Part shown: positions 9,275 to 19,558 of the stretch, in pieces
How positions within the stretch are numbered: position 1 is the first letter of the stretch
Layout of the letters: the number at the start of each line of letters is the position of its first letter
From: a virus
Length of the DNA: 64,000 bases
IMG/VR virus record: IMGVR_UViG_3300009126_000404
Span: 64,001-128,000 of that record
Reading direction: 5' to 3' (one strand)
Position numbers and translations under genes: made by a program
The notes under the pieces: generated by a model
What the model was told of the DNA's origin: nothing
What the model saw: the letters and a program-made list of their open reading frames with translations, nothing else
Databases searched by the model: none

Positions 9275-10677
9275 TGGCATCAGAATCAAAACTAACAATA
9301 AGAGAAAAAGAGATATGCCACATATCACTGGAAGGTGTAATGTGTAGAGAGCTTGAAGAAAAAGCATCTGATGATTATATATCTGTGTTAAAAATGGCAA
9401 CTGATTGGAATATAAATCTTAGTACAAATGGGTCTTATATACATAGAGTTATAATAGAACAAATAGATTCAGTACTATTAGATTTAAAACACCTTGGGTT
9501 TAAAGTAGCGGTATTTTGGGCAGAAGGCAGTTGGCCAGATGATAATGATATTGACAAAGAAATATTAAAATCAGTTAAAGAATGGGATAAAGAAGAATGG
9601 GGCTGTGCAGGACATATTTTAGATAGGCCGGGCAGATGTAGACCTACGTTCCACCATCAATGTGTTATTGTTAATTTACGAAAACTTACAAAAAGTATAC
9701 AATGTCCTGTACCTCTATATGAAGCAAGTAAAGAGCACTTTCATGATGACTATACTCCTAAATGGATTAAACCAGTATCAGAAAAATATTTACCAGATAG
9801 TAATTGGAAAAGTTACGAAGAAGCGAAGAAGCCATATAACTTGTTTAACTGTTTCTTACGAACATCATTGGAATATGGACTAAAAGTTTTTAACGTAGAT
9901 TATAATATACGAGGTCTTAAAGTATGCACATATCCTGAAGATGACATTGAATGGACAGAGGGTGAAATATTTAAAAAGTATCTTCATGCAGATAGTATAT
10001 ACGACATACAAGATAACTATCCAGATAAGAAACCTTTACTTGAATTTAAAATACAAGATTCGGCTGTTTTATATGTTCTTAATACCGAGACAGTACCACA
10101 TGTAATTGTAGATGATATACAAGTAATGGTATGCCCATGTAGTGGATTACATCAATTTAAATATATGGAACCAAGTCTTAATGTCATGGAAAAAGTAATA
10201 TGGGCAGACTACAGTCCATACGCAGTTAAGTGGATGGAAATATTAGTATACGAATGGGATGGAAAAGATTTCCATAAGTTTTTTGAAAATAATAAGAGTA
10301 GACTGAACTTTGACGGCACTTGTCATTATGGTTTTGGAACCTGGGAAAAGTTTTTAGATAGCTTTGAAAACGAAAACAAATGGTTATCAGTATGGAGTAA
10401 AATAAGAAATTTAGAACATCAATTTGAAGTAGTTGATCTTATTAATGATTATGATAAGATTGTAGAAATGATACCACATAATAAAAATGTTTTATTACAA
10501 TGTAGTAATATATTCTTATATGAATCAAACTATTTTAATAAAGGACTTCAAACAACTTTTAATGGAATAGATTATGTAAGAAAAGTACAAAGTATTTCAA
10601 ATATAGTTTATCTTAATGGCGACCTAAATGGAAATTACTATAATATGACAAATATAAACAGGCAGAAATGGATATGA
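9274..10677 (+). CDS. Hypothetical protein (paralog of 7988..9274)
   Basis: 467-aa ORF; VAVFWAEGSW, EWDGKDF, VDLIND, SNIFLY match blocks in the preceding ORF. Confidence 0.7.
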   Translation: MASESKLTIREKEICHISLEGVMCRELEEKASDDYISVLKMATDWNINLSTNGSYIHRVIIEQIDSVLLDLKHLGFKVAVFWAEGSWPDDNDIDKEILKSVKEWDKEEWGCAGHILDRPGRCRPTFHHQCVIVNLRKLTKSIQCPVPLYEASKEHFHDDYTPKWIKPVSEKYLPDSNWKSYEEAKKPYNLFNCFLRTSLEYGLKVFNVDYNIRGLKVCTYPEDDIEWTEGEIFKKYLHADSIYDIQDNYPDKKPLLEFKIQDSAVLYVLNTETVPHVIVDDIQVMVCPCSGLHQFKYMEPSLNVMEKVIWADYSPYAVKWMEILVYEWDGKDFHKFFENNKSRLNFDGTCHYGFGTWEKFLDSFENENKWLSVWSKIRNLEHQFEVVDLINDYDKIVEMIPHNKNVLLQCSNIFLYESNYFNKGLQTTFNGIDYVRKVQSISNIVYLNGDLNGNYYNMTNINRQKWI

Positions 10678-11438
10678 TAAACTATAATAGATTAGCATAC
10701 TACGAAGAAGCAAATACTGAAACTATAGAACATTTTGAAACATGGGAAAACATAGATGGTTACTTTGACCGTAACCCAGCAGTAGCAGATAAGTATCAAC
10801 TTCCAAGTAATGGTAACATTAATAATATTATGGATAATACAAATGTGCCATGGGTTCATATTCCAGAAATACCAGTACCGTGGAAAGATATACAGAAAGA
10901 AGCAATGCATTTATTAGAAACAGAATGTTTTAGTTTGCATAGAGCAAACAGTGGCGGAGGTTGGTTAAGTCTATGTATTCATGGAATGAGTAGTGTACAT
11001 ACTAACGTTCCTGAAGATTACAATTTACCAGATAGTGCAGAAGAGGATCTAAGCACTTGGACTGATATTGCAAAATTTTGTCCAATAACAAAAACATGGA
11101 TGGAAGACGAGATGTTATATGATAAATTTACTCGTGTTAGATTTATGGCAGTGTTGCCAGGCGGATGGATTATGCCACATAGTGACACTGATAGACTAGC
11201 AGGATTAGGAGCCACTAATGTAGCAATTAATAACCCAGATGGTTGTGCGTTAGTTATGGAAGAATATGGCACGATGCCATTTACACCGGGTAGTGTTTTT
11301 AAAATAAACACAGGACATGTACACTCGGTATGGAATCGCAGTGACGAACCTCGAATACATATGATATTTGATGGTGATACAAGTGATGAATTTAAAAATA
11401 AAGTGAATGAGAATTATGCCAAAATGTTTAATGTTTAA
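10668..11438 (+). CDS. Aspartyl/asparaginyl beta-hydroxylase-like 2OG-Fe(II) oxygenase
   Basis: RVRFMAVLPGGWIMPHSD...HVHSVWNRSDEPRIHM (HxD...H...R). Confidence 0.85.
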   Translation: MDMINYNRLAYYEEANTETIEHFETWENIDGYFDRNPAVADKYQLPSNGNINNIMDNTNVPWVHIPEIPVPWKDIQKEAMHLLETECFSLHRANSGGGWLSLCIHGMSSVHTNVPEDYNLPDSAEEDLSTWTDIAKFCPITKTWMEDEMLYDKFTRVRFMAVLPGGWIMPHSDTDRLAGLGATNVAINNPDGCALVMEEYGTMPFTPGSVFKINTGHVHSVWNRSDEPRIHMIFDGDTSDEFKNKVNENYAKMFNV

Positions 11439-12468
11439 AAATGGAATGACTATAGGTCCTATTGGTAACGTTAGGCCTTGTTGTATGTATATAAACACAG
11501 ATATCAGACAACGATATAATGAACATGGTTGGCGGGAAAAGTTTGACGAATTATATGAACAAAGTCTCGATAAATGGTTGCCTAACTGTTATGAATGTAA
11601 AGCAGAAGAAGATCGAGGAAAACAAAGTTTAAGACAACGAGCAAATGAATGGTTTGATGGAGAAGAAGGAATACAATATTGGGATTTAAAATTACATAAC
11701 ACTTGTAATCTTACTTGTGTAATGTGTAATCCAGTAAGCAGTAGTAAGTGGCAAAAGTTAGTTACTGAAAACCCAGACGAAGAATGGTTAGATATTGTAA
11801 AAAAAGACGCTAAGATGAAAACAGGGTGGCATAAAAATATACTTCCATTAATTATGGAACGACTTTATGACACAAAATATTTAAAATTTACAGGTGGTGA
11901 GCCTTTATTAATTCCACACGTAAGAAAGATTATTAAACGTTTATATGACGATGGAATATCTCCAGGTGTGCATTTAAGTATTATTACTAATGGTACTATT
12001 CCAATAGATGAAGAAATGTTAAAAATGCTATTAACATTTAAACAGGTTTCTTTATTAGTAAGTATAGATGGTATTGAAGATAGATTTGAATATATTAGAG
12101 CAGGTGCTAATTGGAAAGAAGTAGAAACAAACTTGAAAGAATTTAGTAATATCTCAAAACAAAATAATAATTTTGCTCTATGTATACTTTACTTGCCTAT
12201 GACAATAAATGCGGCACAAAATGAGACATCAGCACAATGGGCAAAAGATCTCGACATTACATTTTCTAAAAGTGTAGAAATTTATAAACCTGAATATTTG
12301 ACTTATCGTAGTTTAAACAATAAACTAAGAGAAAGATACAATATAAAAACTGATTATGAATATGATGAGAACGTATTTAAGGAGTTACTTAAACACATGG
12401 AAATTAAAGATAGATTAATGGGTACTAACTTTAGAAGTGCCTGTCCGGAGTTATTTGAAGATGAGTAA
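11407..12468 (+). CDS. Twitch-domain radical SAM protein (start may be 11416)
   Basis: C...PCC...CYEC; CNLTCVMC; TGGEP. Confidence 0.9.
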   Translation: MRIMPKCLMFKNGMTIGPIGNVRPCCMYINTDIRQRYNEHGWREKFDELYEQSLDKWLPNCYECKAEEDRGKQSLRQRANEWFDGEEGIQYWDLKLHNTCNLTCVMCNPVSSSKWQKLVTENPDEEWLDIVKKDAKMKTGWHKNILPLIMERLYDTKYLKFTGGEPLLIPHVRKIIKRLYDDGISPGVHLSIITNGTIPIDEEMLKMLLTFKQVSLLVSIDGIEDRFEYIRAGANWKEVETNLKEFSNISKQNNNFALCILYLPMTINAAQNETSAQWAKDLDITFSKSVEIYKPEYLTYRSLNNKLRERYNIKTDYEYDENVFKELLKHMEIKDRLMGTNFRSACPELFEDE

Positions 12469-13678
12469 AAAATTACCAAGCGATACATTTTGTGTATTAC
12501 CGTTTATGCACGTAGCAGTTAATCCTGGCGGAGGGTTTCGTGTGTGTTGTAACAGTAACCCACAAAACAATAAAGTATTAAAAGATGATGGCAGTGGAAA
12601 AGCATATCGTATATTTAAAGATGATGTCAACGAGATGTGGAGCAGTCAATGGATGAAAGATATTCGTAAACAATTCATAGATGGAGAACGTCCAAAAACA
12701 TGTCAACGTTGTTTCCGTGAAGAAGATGCAGGCATACGTAGTCCACGTATTGGATACAATGAAAAGTGGTATAAAAAAGATGTAAAAGTAGCAGAAGAAA
12801 TTCCATTAGATATACGTTATGTAGATTTACGTTTAGGCAACTTATGTAACTTAAAATGTCGTATGTGCAATCCGTGGAGTAGTAGTATGTGGGTTAAGGA
12901 TTGGAATAAAGTAACAGGTACAGCAAAACTTGAACCAAACGATCCATTAAACAAAGAACAATTAGAATGGTTAGATGTTATGCAACAGTGGCCAGATCGT
13001 GAACAAACAGGATTAAACTTTGTTGAAATTGCACACACCATTGAAGAAATTTATTTAACTGGCGGAGAACCCACACTTGCTGTAAGTCAATATGCATTAT
13101 TTGATTATTGTATTAAAAACGATTTAGCAGGTAACATTAGATTAAAATATAATACTAACCTTACAAATATTCCACAAAAAATGATAGATTACTGGAAACA
13201 CTTTAAAGGAGTACAACTTAATACAAGTATTGATGCAACTGGTGCCAGAGATAGATATGTTCGCTATCCAAGTAACTGGGCTAAAATAGAAGAAAACTTT
13301 GACAAGTTAAATGCACTACCAAACGTATATATTCAAGTACATTGTACAGTACAAGTATTAAACATGTGTGCAATGAGTGAACTGTTTGATTGGACACGTA
13401 GTAAGGGTGTTCCCGATAAAGATATATATTTGAATATTCTTAATCATCCAGAAATGTATAACATTCGCACATTACCATTAATGTTAAAACAAATAGCAGA
13501 AGATCGTTTACAACCTTACTTGGATATTCCAAAAGTAGCAGATACAATAAAATATATGTGGGCTGAGAACTGGTATGAAGATAAGTGGCAAGAATTTATT
13601 GATTATAATAAGAAAACAGATGAATTACAAAAAGGTAATTTACTAGATGTATGTCCGGAGTTCAAACCTTATGTCTAA
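12461..13678 (+). CDS. Twitch-domain radical SAM protein
   Basis: CVLPF...CC...CQRC; CNLKCRMC; TGGEP; start moved to the MSKK ATG overlapping the upstream stop. Confidence 0.92.
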   Translation: MSKKLPSDTFCVLPFMHVAVNPGGGFRVCCNSNPQNNKVLKDDGSGKAYRIFKDDVNEMWSSQWMKDIRKQFIDGERPKTCQRCFREEDAGIRSPRIGYNEKWYKKDVKVAEEIPLDIRYVDLRLGNLCNLKCRMCNPWSSSMWVKDWNKVTGTAKLEPNDPLNKEQLEWLDVMQQWPDREQTGLNFVEIAHTIEEIYLTGGEPTLAVSQYALFDYCIKNDLAGNIRLKYNTNLTNIPQKMIDYWKHFKGVQLNTSIDATGARDRYVRYPSNWAKIEENFDKLNALPNVYIQVHCTVQVLNMCAMSELFDWTRSKGVPDKDIYLNILNHPEMYNIRTLPLMLKQIAEDRLQPYLDIPKVADTIKYMWAENWYEDKWQEFIDYNKKTDELQKGNLLDVCPEFKPYV

Positions 13679-14813
13679 AACATATTGCAACGAACCATGG
13701 AAAACAATTCACTATGATAATATTGGATCATTGGGACCTTGTTGTACATACAGAGGCAAAAGAGATAAAAGTCTAGAAAGCGTACAAGATTATTTAAACA
13801 GTGATTGGTTAAAAGAACTTAAACGTAAAATGCTTAATAACGAAAGAGATGAAGGTTGCTATAACTGTTGGGTTAAAGAAGATAAAGGTGAAGATAGTCA
13901 ACGTTTACAACAAAATAGAAAAGACGGCGTATTAACTGAAACAGACATAAAAAGAGTTTGGTTAAGTTTTGGAAACATATGCAATAAAAATTGCAATATA
14001 TGTAGGCCAGCTAGAAGTAGTATAATAGCAAAAGAATATAAAAAATTAGGCAGTGATCATGAGATATATTCTATAGATAAAGATCCTGCAATATTACAAA
14101 AAGATTTTAGTGGTATATATTTGGACAAATGGGAAAATTATATAGATGCATTAGACAATGCTCACACAATAAACTTAGATGGCGGCGAACCATTTTTTAC
14201 AAAGCAGTGTACAACTATATTAGAGACTCTTATTAAAAAAGGATCTACTAATAAGAAAATAAAATTCTCAACAAACGGAAGTGCAAATGAAAAACATTAC
14301 AAACTACTGAAACAATTTAAACAAGTAGATTTTGGTCTTAGCATAGATGGAATAAGAGAATTATACAGTTTAGTAAGAAGCCCACATCATTGGAATTGGT
14401 GGGAAAAACAACATAGACTAATGGAACAACAAACTAACCTAAGTTGGACTTATCTTGCAGTAGTGCATTGTTTTAACATACATCAACTACCAGAAATGAT
14501 AAGATATTTTATTAAAAATAATCCAAATACAGATTCAAGGTTTCATTTTACAACTATTGTATCAAGACCATATTTAGGTACACATATTGTTCCTAATTAT
14601 ATAATAGAACAAACAATAAAAGAACTCGACTTATTGGAAGGCCAATTACATAAAAAAGAACAAGTAAATATTAATAATGTTAGGCACCACTTAGTGTATA
14701 GTATATTAAATAAATCAACGGAAGATGAGATTAATTTTAAAAAATTTGTAGACATATTTGGTCCTATTAAAAAGTTAGATTATCAAAGTTATTTGCCATG
14801 GAGTATTAAATGA
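13671..14813 (+). CDS. Twitch-domain radical SAM protein
   Basis: CNEPW...PCC...CYNC; CNKNCNIC; GGEP; start moved to MSKTYC. Confidence 0.9.
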   Translation: MSKTYCNEPWKTIHYDNIGSLGPCCTYRGKRDKSLESVQDYLNSDWLKELKRKMLNNERDEGCYNCWVKEDKGEDSQRLQQNRKDGVLTETDIKRVWLSFGNICNKNCNICRPARSSIIAKEYKKLGSDHEIYSIDKDPAILQKDFSGIYLDKWENYIDALDNAHTINLDGGEPFFTKQCTTILETLIKKGSTNKKIKFSTNGSANEKHYKLLKQFKQVDFGLSIDGIRELYSLVRSPHHWNWWEKQHRLMEQQTNLSWTYLAVVHCFNIHQLPEMIRYFIKNNPNTDSRFHFTTIVSRPYLGTHIVPNYIIEQTIKELDLLEGQLHKKEQVNINNVRHHLVYSILNKSTEDEINFKKFVDIFGPIKKLDYQSYLPWSIK

Positions 14814-15376
14814 AAAGCATAATATGTACAGGAAATCCAGAATTTGGCGTAGCAAGTGCAATAGCTGAACGTTGGCCAGAAACAGAATTTGTTAGTAGAA
14901 CTAATTGGGATTACGATTTAACACAAGATAGTTATAAAAAGAAACTAGCAGAAAAGGCTCTTAATTATGACGTCTTTATTAACGGATCTGCACTATGGCA
15001 GTACCATCAAACTTTGCTACTAGATGTAGTCTATAAAACCGCCCAAACCAATCGCAAAAGACTACATATAGTATGTTTAGGTAGTACAACAGACAGAGCT
15101 ACTAAAGGCTCTGATTGGCATTATCAGCAAGAAAAGAAGGCTTTACGTAGTACAAGCAATGCATTAGGCTTAAAAAGCATATGGGCTGGTGGTCCTAAGG
15201 TTAGTTATATTACATTTGGTACATTAGAAAACAATGCACACAAACACCCTGGTCGAAAAGTAATGAAATTAAACGATGCTGTAGATATGATTGAATATGT
15301 AATTAATATGCCATATCATTTAAATGTAAATGAACTTAGCATTGACCCTATACAAACGGAGTGGCCAAATGAATAA
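14810..15376 (+). CDS. Short-chain dehydrogenase/reductase-like protein (short)
   Basis: N-terminal TG...G nucleotide-binding loop; YQQEK (YxxxK); C-terminal PYHLNVNELSI. Confidence 0.7.
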   Translation: MKSIICTGNPEFGVASAIAERWPETEFVSRTNWDYDLTQDSYKKKLAEKALNYDVFINGSALWQYHQTLLLDVVYKTAQTNRKRLHIVCLGSTTDRATKGSDWHYQQEKKALRSTSNALGLKSIWAGGPKVSYITFGTLENNAHKHPGRKVMKLNDAVDMIEYVINMPYHLNVNELSIDPIQTEWPNE

Positions 15377-16196
15377 AATAGGAATATTTGGTGATAGTTT
15401 TGCTGTACCTGATGTAAGGGCGAAATGGGATGGAAATATTGTTAAGATTTCTAATGTTAATTGGATGGAATTAATAGGAGCACAAACATATGCCTATGGC
15501 GGTACTGATGTAGCATATAGTTTTTTAGAATTTGAAAAGCATCATAGTAAATATGATCAAGTTATTTTTGTATTAACTAATCCAGGCAGCAGAATAACTC
15601 TCAAACATCGCGACTTTATACTAAATTCATGTGATCAAGAGTATAGCATTAGAGCCATAGAAAGATTAAAGAAATCAGATGACTATGATCCTATACTTAA
15701 TCATATACATTTATCTTTAATTGAATGGCACAAAATGCAAACACTTGACGCTTTTGCAGAAAGAGAAACTTTATTTTGTAATTTAATGGTAGCACGAATA
15801 AAACAATTAAGACCAGATGTTAAATTTATACAAGCATTTGCTTGGAATAATATTGAACACATTGGCGACAATAAATATATTCCTTCTACTAGTTGTTTAG
15901 TTGACATTACCCATTACGAAAATAAAATATTTAATTGGGAACATCCTACATCAGAAAATAGTGGATGGTATTGCTCTGATAAAAAAGGGGATATTAGAAT
16001 TGGGCATATAACATGTGAGTCACATGTAATTTTAGCAGAACTAATTAAAAAATGGCTAAAAACTGATAAAATGTTTTTTGACTTTGATATAAAAGAATTT
16101 CATAATATTAAACCTGACGAGAAGCTATACAATACGGCTTTTCATAAAAGTTATGAAGACTGGTTAGCATATTGTAAGGAGCATAAAAATGAGTAA
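15369..16196 (+). CDS. SGNH/GDSL hydrolase-like protein
   Basis: N-terminal IFGDSFA; C-terminal GHIT..SH. Confidence 0.6.
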   Translation: MNKIGIFGDSFAVPDVRAKWDGNIVKISNVNWMELIGAQTYAYGGTDVAYSFLEFEKHHSKYDQVIFVLTNPGSRITLKHRDFILNSCDQEYSIRAIERLKKSDDYDPILNHIHLSLIEWHKMQTLDAFAERETLFCNLMVARIKQLRPDVKFIQAFAWNNIEHIGDNKYIPSTSCLVDITHYENKIFNWEHPTSENSGWYCSDKKGDIRIGHITCESHVILAELIKKWLKTDKMFFDFDIKEFHNIKPDEKLYNTAFHKSYEDWLAYCKEHKNE

Positions 16197-17343
16197 ATTT
16201 TGTTATATGCCTTGGAATGCAATCACGTTAACCGCTAATGGTGATATTAAACCATGTTGCCAATTTAGTAATAAAGGACGTATGCCTAATACTGAGCATA
16301 ATACAATAATGGAAAATTTTAATAGTGAACGTATGCAAGGATTACGCAAAGATTTCCTACAAGGTATAGAAAACAATGCATGTAATAGTTGTTGGGAGAG
16401 AGAAGATTTAGTAGGCCAAAGTAGACGCTTATGGTTTAACAAAAAGTTTCTCAATAATGAACCTAAGCCAACTACACATGATGTACCAAACCCTACATTC
16501 TATCAAGCAGATATTAACTTGTCAAATGTATGTAATTTAAAATGTCGTATGTGTGGAAGTTGGGCAAGTAACAGTTGGTTTGAAGAAGAATTAGCGTTAG
16601 CCAAAATAGACAAGCGTTATGAAAAGAATACACGTCCTGTTCCATTACAACAATATGAATTAGAAGATTTACGTAATATGCTACCTCATTTAAAGAAAGT
16701 AAAACGTATAGACTTTAAGGGTGGCGAACCAATGATGGCAAAACATCATAATCAATTTTTGGAATGGCTAATTGAAGAAGATATGACTGACGTAGAATTA
16801 TTCTACACTACAAATGGTACAGTACAAAATCCTAAGATTTTAAAATTATTAAGCAACTTTAAACGTGTCAGCATATGTTTCAGTATAGAAGGCACAGGTG
16901 ATTTATATAGTTATATAAGAGGTGGAAAATATACTATAGAAGATTTTGAAAACACACTAGCAGTATATGATAAATTAGAAAACGTACAAATAATGTTTAA
17001 TGTAACATTGCAAAATTATAACGTTTTCAACTTACCAGACTTGCATTTTTTCTTACATGATTTGGAAGATAAATATGATAGAGTAAGTGCAAATAACAGT
17101 TTCACTACTATCTGTAACAAACCAGCATATTTAAGTCCAATGAATTTACCCGATGATTTAAGAGATAAAGCAATTGGAAGATTATCTTTGTTTAGTGATT
17201 TTGAAAAGTTAGTTGAAAGTATGAAACAAAGAACATTTAATCCAGAGCTATGGGAAGTGTTTATTAACTTTACAAATGATTTGGATAAAATGCGAGGAGA
17301 TAGTGTAGTGAAAGCAGTACCACAACTAAAGGAACATTTTTAA
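16189..17343 (+). CDS. Twitch-domain radical SAM protein
   Basis: CYMPW...PCC...CNSC; CNLKCRMC; GGEP. Confidence 0.92.
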   Translation: MSKFCYMPWNAITLTANGDIKPCCQFSNKGRMPNTEHNTIMENFNSERMQGLRKDFLQGIENNACNSCWEREDLVGQSRRLWFNKKFLNNEPKPTTHDVPNPTFYQADINLSNVCNLKCRMCGSWASNSWFEEELALAKIDKRYEKNTRPVPLQQYELEDLRNMLPHLKKVKRIDFKGGEPMMAKHHNQFLEWLIEEDMTDVELFYTTNGTVQNPKILKLLSNFKRVSICFSIEGTGDLYSYIRGGKYTIEDFENTLAVYDKLENVQIMFNVTLQNYNVFNLPDLHFFLHDLEDKYDRVSANNSFTTICNKPAYLSPMNLPDDLRDKAIGRLSLFSDFEKLVESMKQRTFNPELWEVFINFTNDLDKMRGDSVVKAVPQLKEHF

Positions 17344-18059
17344 TGTTAGTAGGTATAGAAGATAATTTTGCACCCAAAGACGAACTACTTCGTGTAGAAT
17401 GGAACTTGGGTAAACGTTGTAACTATAACTGTAGTTATTGTGGTAATGAATTACACAATAAAACCAGCGACCATATGAGTTGGGAAGTATACACAGGCAC
17501 AATAGATAAAATTGTGGAAGCATCTAATGGTAAGAAAATTAAAATAAGTTTTACTGGTGGTGAACCTTTTGTACATCCTAAGTTTATTGATATGCTAAAG
17601 TACGCTAAAGAAAATGGAGTGTATCGTTGCAGTGTAACTACTAATGGAAGTCCGCCTCCTAAAATATATAAGAAAGCATTAAAATATTTACATTATGTTA
17701 TAATCAGCTATCATTTCGAATTTGCATCTCACGATAAAGTTATTAATAATATTACAGGTATGTGGGAAGAAATACAAGAATACAGAGCCAAAGATCAATA
17801 CAAAGGTATGCACGTACACATTATGGCATTACCTGGGCACATGAAAGAATGGAAAGAAATTATAAACGAATTAAAAGAATGTGGAGTAGAATATACAGTT
17901 AGAAAAATTAGGCCACGTGTTAATGAAGACCGCACAGGATGGAATAAACCATATGCTGACGGTATGCTAGGGCAACATCCCAAGCATGAAGAAACTGAAA
18001 AGTTTGCTGGACAATATTATAGTGCAGAAGAAGAAAAATGGTTAAACGAAAATGTCTGA
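17343..18059 (+). CDS. Radical SAM core domain lacking its C-terminal SPASM domain
   Basis: WNLGKRCNYNCSYC, TGGEP; resembles the N-terminal part of 20852..22021. Confidence 0.88.
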   Translation: MLVGIEDNFAPKDELLRVEWNLGKRCNYNCSYCGNELHNKTSDHMSWEVYTGTIDKIVEASNGKKIKISFTGGEPFVHPKFIDMLKYAKENGVYRCSVTTNGSPPPKIYKKALKYLHYVIISYHFEFASHDKVINNITGMWEEIQEYRAKDQYKGMHVHIMALPGHMKEWKEIINELKECGVEYTVRKIRPRVNEDRTGWNKPYADGMLGQHPKHEETEKFAGQYYSAEEEKWLNENV

Positions 18060-19242
18060 AGATAAAGTAAGAGAGTGGTTAATGAAACCCGGTAATAATT
18101 TTTGTGCGTTGCCATTTACACATATGGCAATAGAAGCCAATGGCGATATAAGACCTTGTTGTATGGGCGATGAATTTGATTTAAACATTAGAAATAAAAC
18201 AATACAACAAGTATACAACGACCCAATAAGACTACAATTTGTAGACAGTTTTAAACGCAACGAACAACATCCTGCATGTCATCAATGTTGGAAAGATCCA
18301 GAAATAAGAACTACTTTTTCAACATCATCTGTTGCTATGGAAGTAACAAAACAAGCAATGAATGGAATAACACCTAAGCATGAATTAAAATGGTTAGAAA
18401 TTAAACCAGGAAATAGATGTAACTTAAAATGTAGAATATGTGGAGTACATAATAGTAGTACCTGGGCAAAAGATACTGCGGCAATGGAAGAGCCCAAAGT
18501 AAAGTTTAAAAACAGCGAGTCATTTAAATATACACAATCGTGTGATTGGATCGATGATCCAAAATTTTGGAATGATGTAAATCAATTAGAATCATTAGAG
18601 TACTTACATTTTATGGGTGGCGAGCCGTTTATGGTTCCTGAGCATTTTCAATTAATAGAACGTTTAGTAAACGATCCTGACATTGATACTAGTAATATTA
18701 TAATAGGATACAATACAAACGGAACATATTTTCCTAGCAAAGAAAACTTTGAACTATACAAGAATTTTAAGCAAGTAAAATTTGCAATAAGCATAGATGA
18801 TATTAATGAGAGATTTAACTATCAGCGTAAATTAGCTGAGTGGGAAGAAGTAAAAAATAATATTAAGAATTTTCAAAAATTAGATAAAAGCCAATATCTT
18901 GCACATTTGGATCCTACTATAAGTATATTTAATATATTTTATTTAAATGAGATTTGTACAGAATTTAATAATTTAGGATATTATGGTTTTACTAACCAAC
19001 GACATTTTGTAAATAGTGGTCCTGATTGTATTCATACGCTACCTCAATATATAAAAGACATTATTACAGAAAAGTATAAAGACAGTGATAACATATGGAT
19101 TAAACGAGCCGTAAACTATATGAATAGTCAAAAATCAGATTATAGCTTATGGGAGGATTTTAAAATAAAGACTAATAAATTAGATTTATTAAGAAAAGAA
19201 AACTTCCAACATACATTTAAGGAATTTTATGAGCAATTTTAA
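18052..19242 (+). CDS. Twitch-domain radical SAM protein
   Basis: CALPF...PCC...CHQC; CNLKCRIC; GGEP. Confidence 0.92.
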   Translation: MSEDKVREWLMKPGNNFCALPFTHMAIEANGDIRPCCMGDEFDLNIRNKTIQQVYNDPIRLQFVDSFKRNEQHPACHQCWKDPEIRTTFSTSSVAMEVTKQAMNGITPKHELKWLEIKPGNRCNLKCRICGVHNSSTWAKDTAAMEEPKVKFKNSESFKYTQSCDWIDDPKFWNDVNQLESLEYLHFMGGEPFMVPEHFQLIERLVNDPDIDTSNIIIGYNTNGTYFPSKENFELYKNFKQVKFAISIDDINERFNYQRKLAEWEEVKNNIKNFQKLDKSQYLAHLDPTISIFNIFYLNEICTEFNNLGYYGFTNQRHFVNSGPDCIHTLPQYIKDIITEKYKDSDNIWIKRAVNYMNSQKSDYSLWEDFKIKTNKLDLLRKENFQHTFKEFYEQF

Positions 19243-19558
19243 AAATATTATTGTACACTATAAAGATGGTACAAGCAAAGAAGATAACGTAAACAGTGTC
19301 ATGGCACGTGATGAAAATGACTTCCGTGGTTGGGAATGTTGGGCAGGTGTACAAAATATTACTATCAGTAATACAGGTGATGTGTTTAGAGCTATATGTA
19401 AAGTAGGAGGCAAACTAGGAAACATTTATGATGGATTCGAAATGCCAAAAGAAACTATTATATGTAATAAGCCTAGATGCATATGTGCGGCAGATGTGCA
19501 ACTATCAAAAGCATTGCCAGATCATGTACATAGATTAAGAGTAGGTAAAGATGGATAA
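19229..19558 (+). CDS. Free-standing SPASM-like Fe-S domain
   Basis: FRGWECWAG...C...GNIY...C...CICAAD matches the C-terminus of 20852..22021 (FKGWECSSG...C...GNIE...C...CVSSAD). Confidence 0.75.
   Translation: MSNFKNIIVHYKDGTSKEDNVNSVMARDENDFRGWECWAGVQNITISNTGDVFRAICKVGGKLGNIYDGFEMPKETIICNKPRCICAADVQLSKALPDHVHRLRVGKDG

Noticed and set aside
18052-19242. Intron or intein explaining the split rSAM gene
   Set aside because: The insert is a complete rSAM gene with its own start and stop; no intron core, homing endonuclease or intein termini were seen
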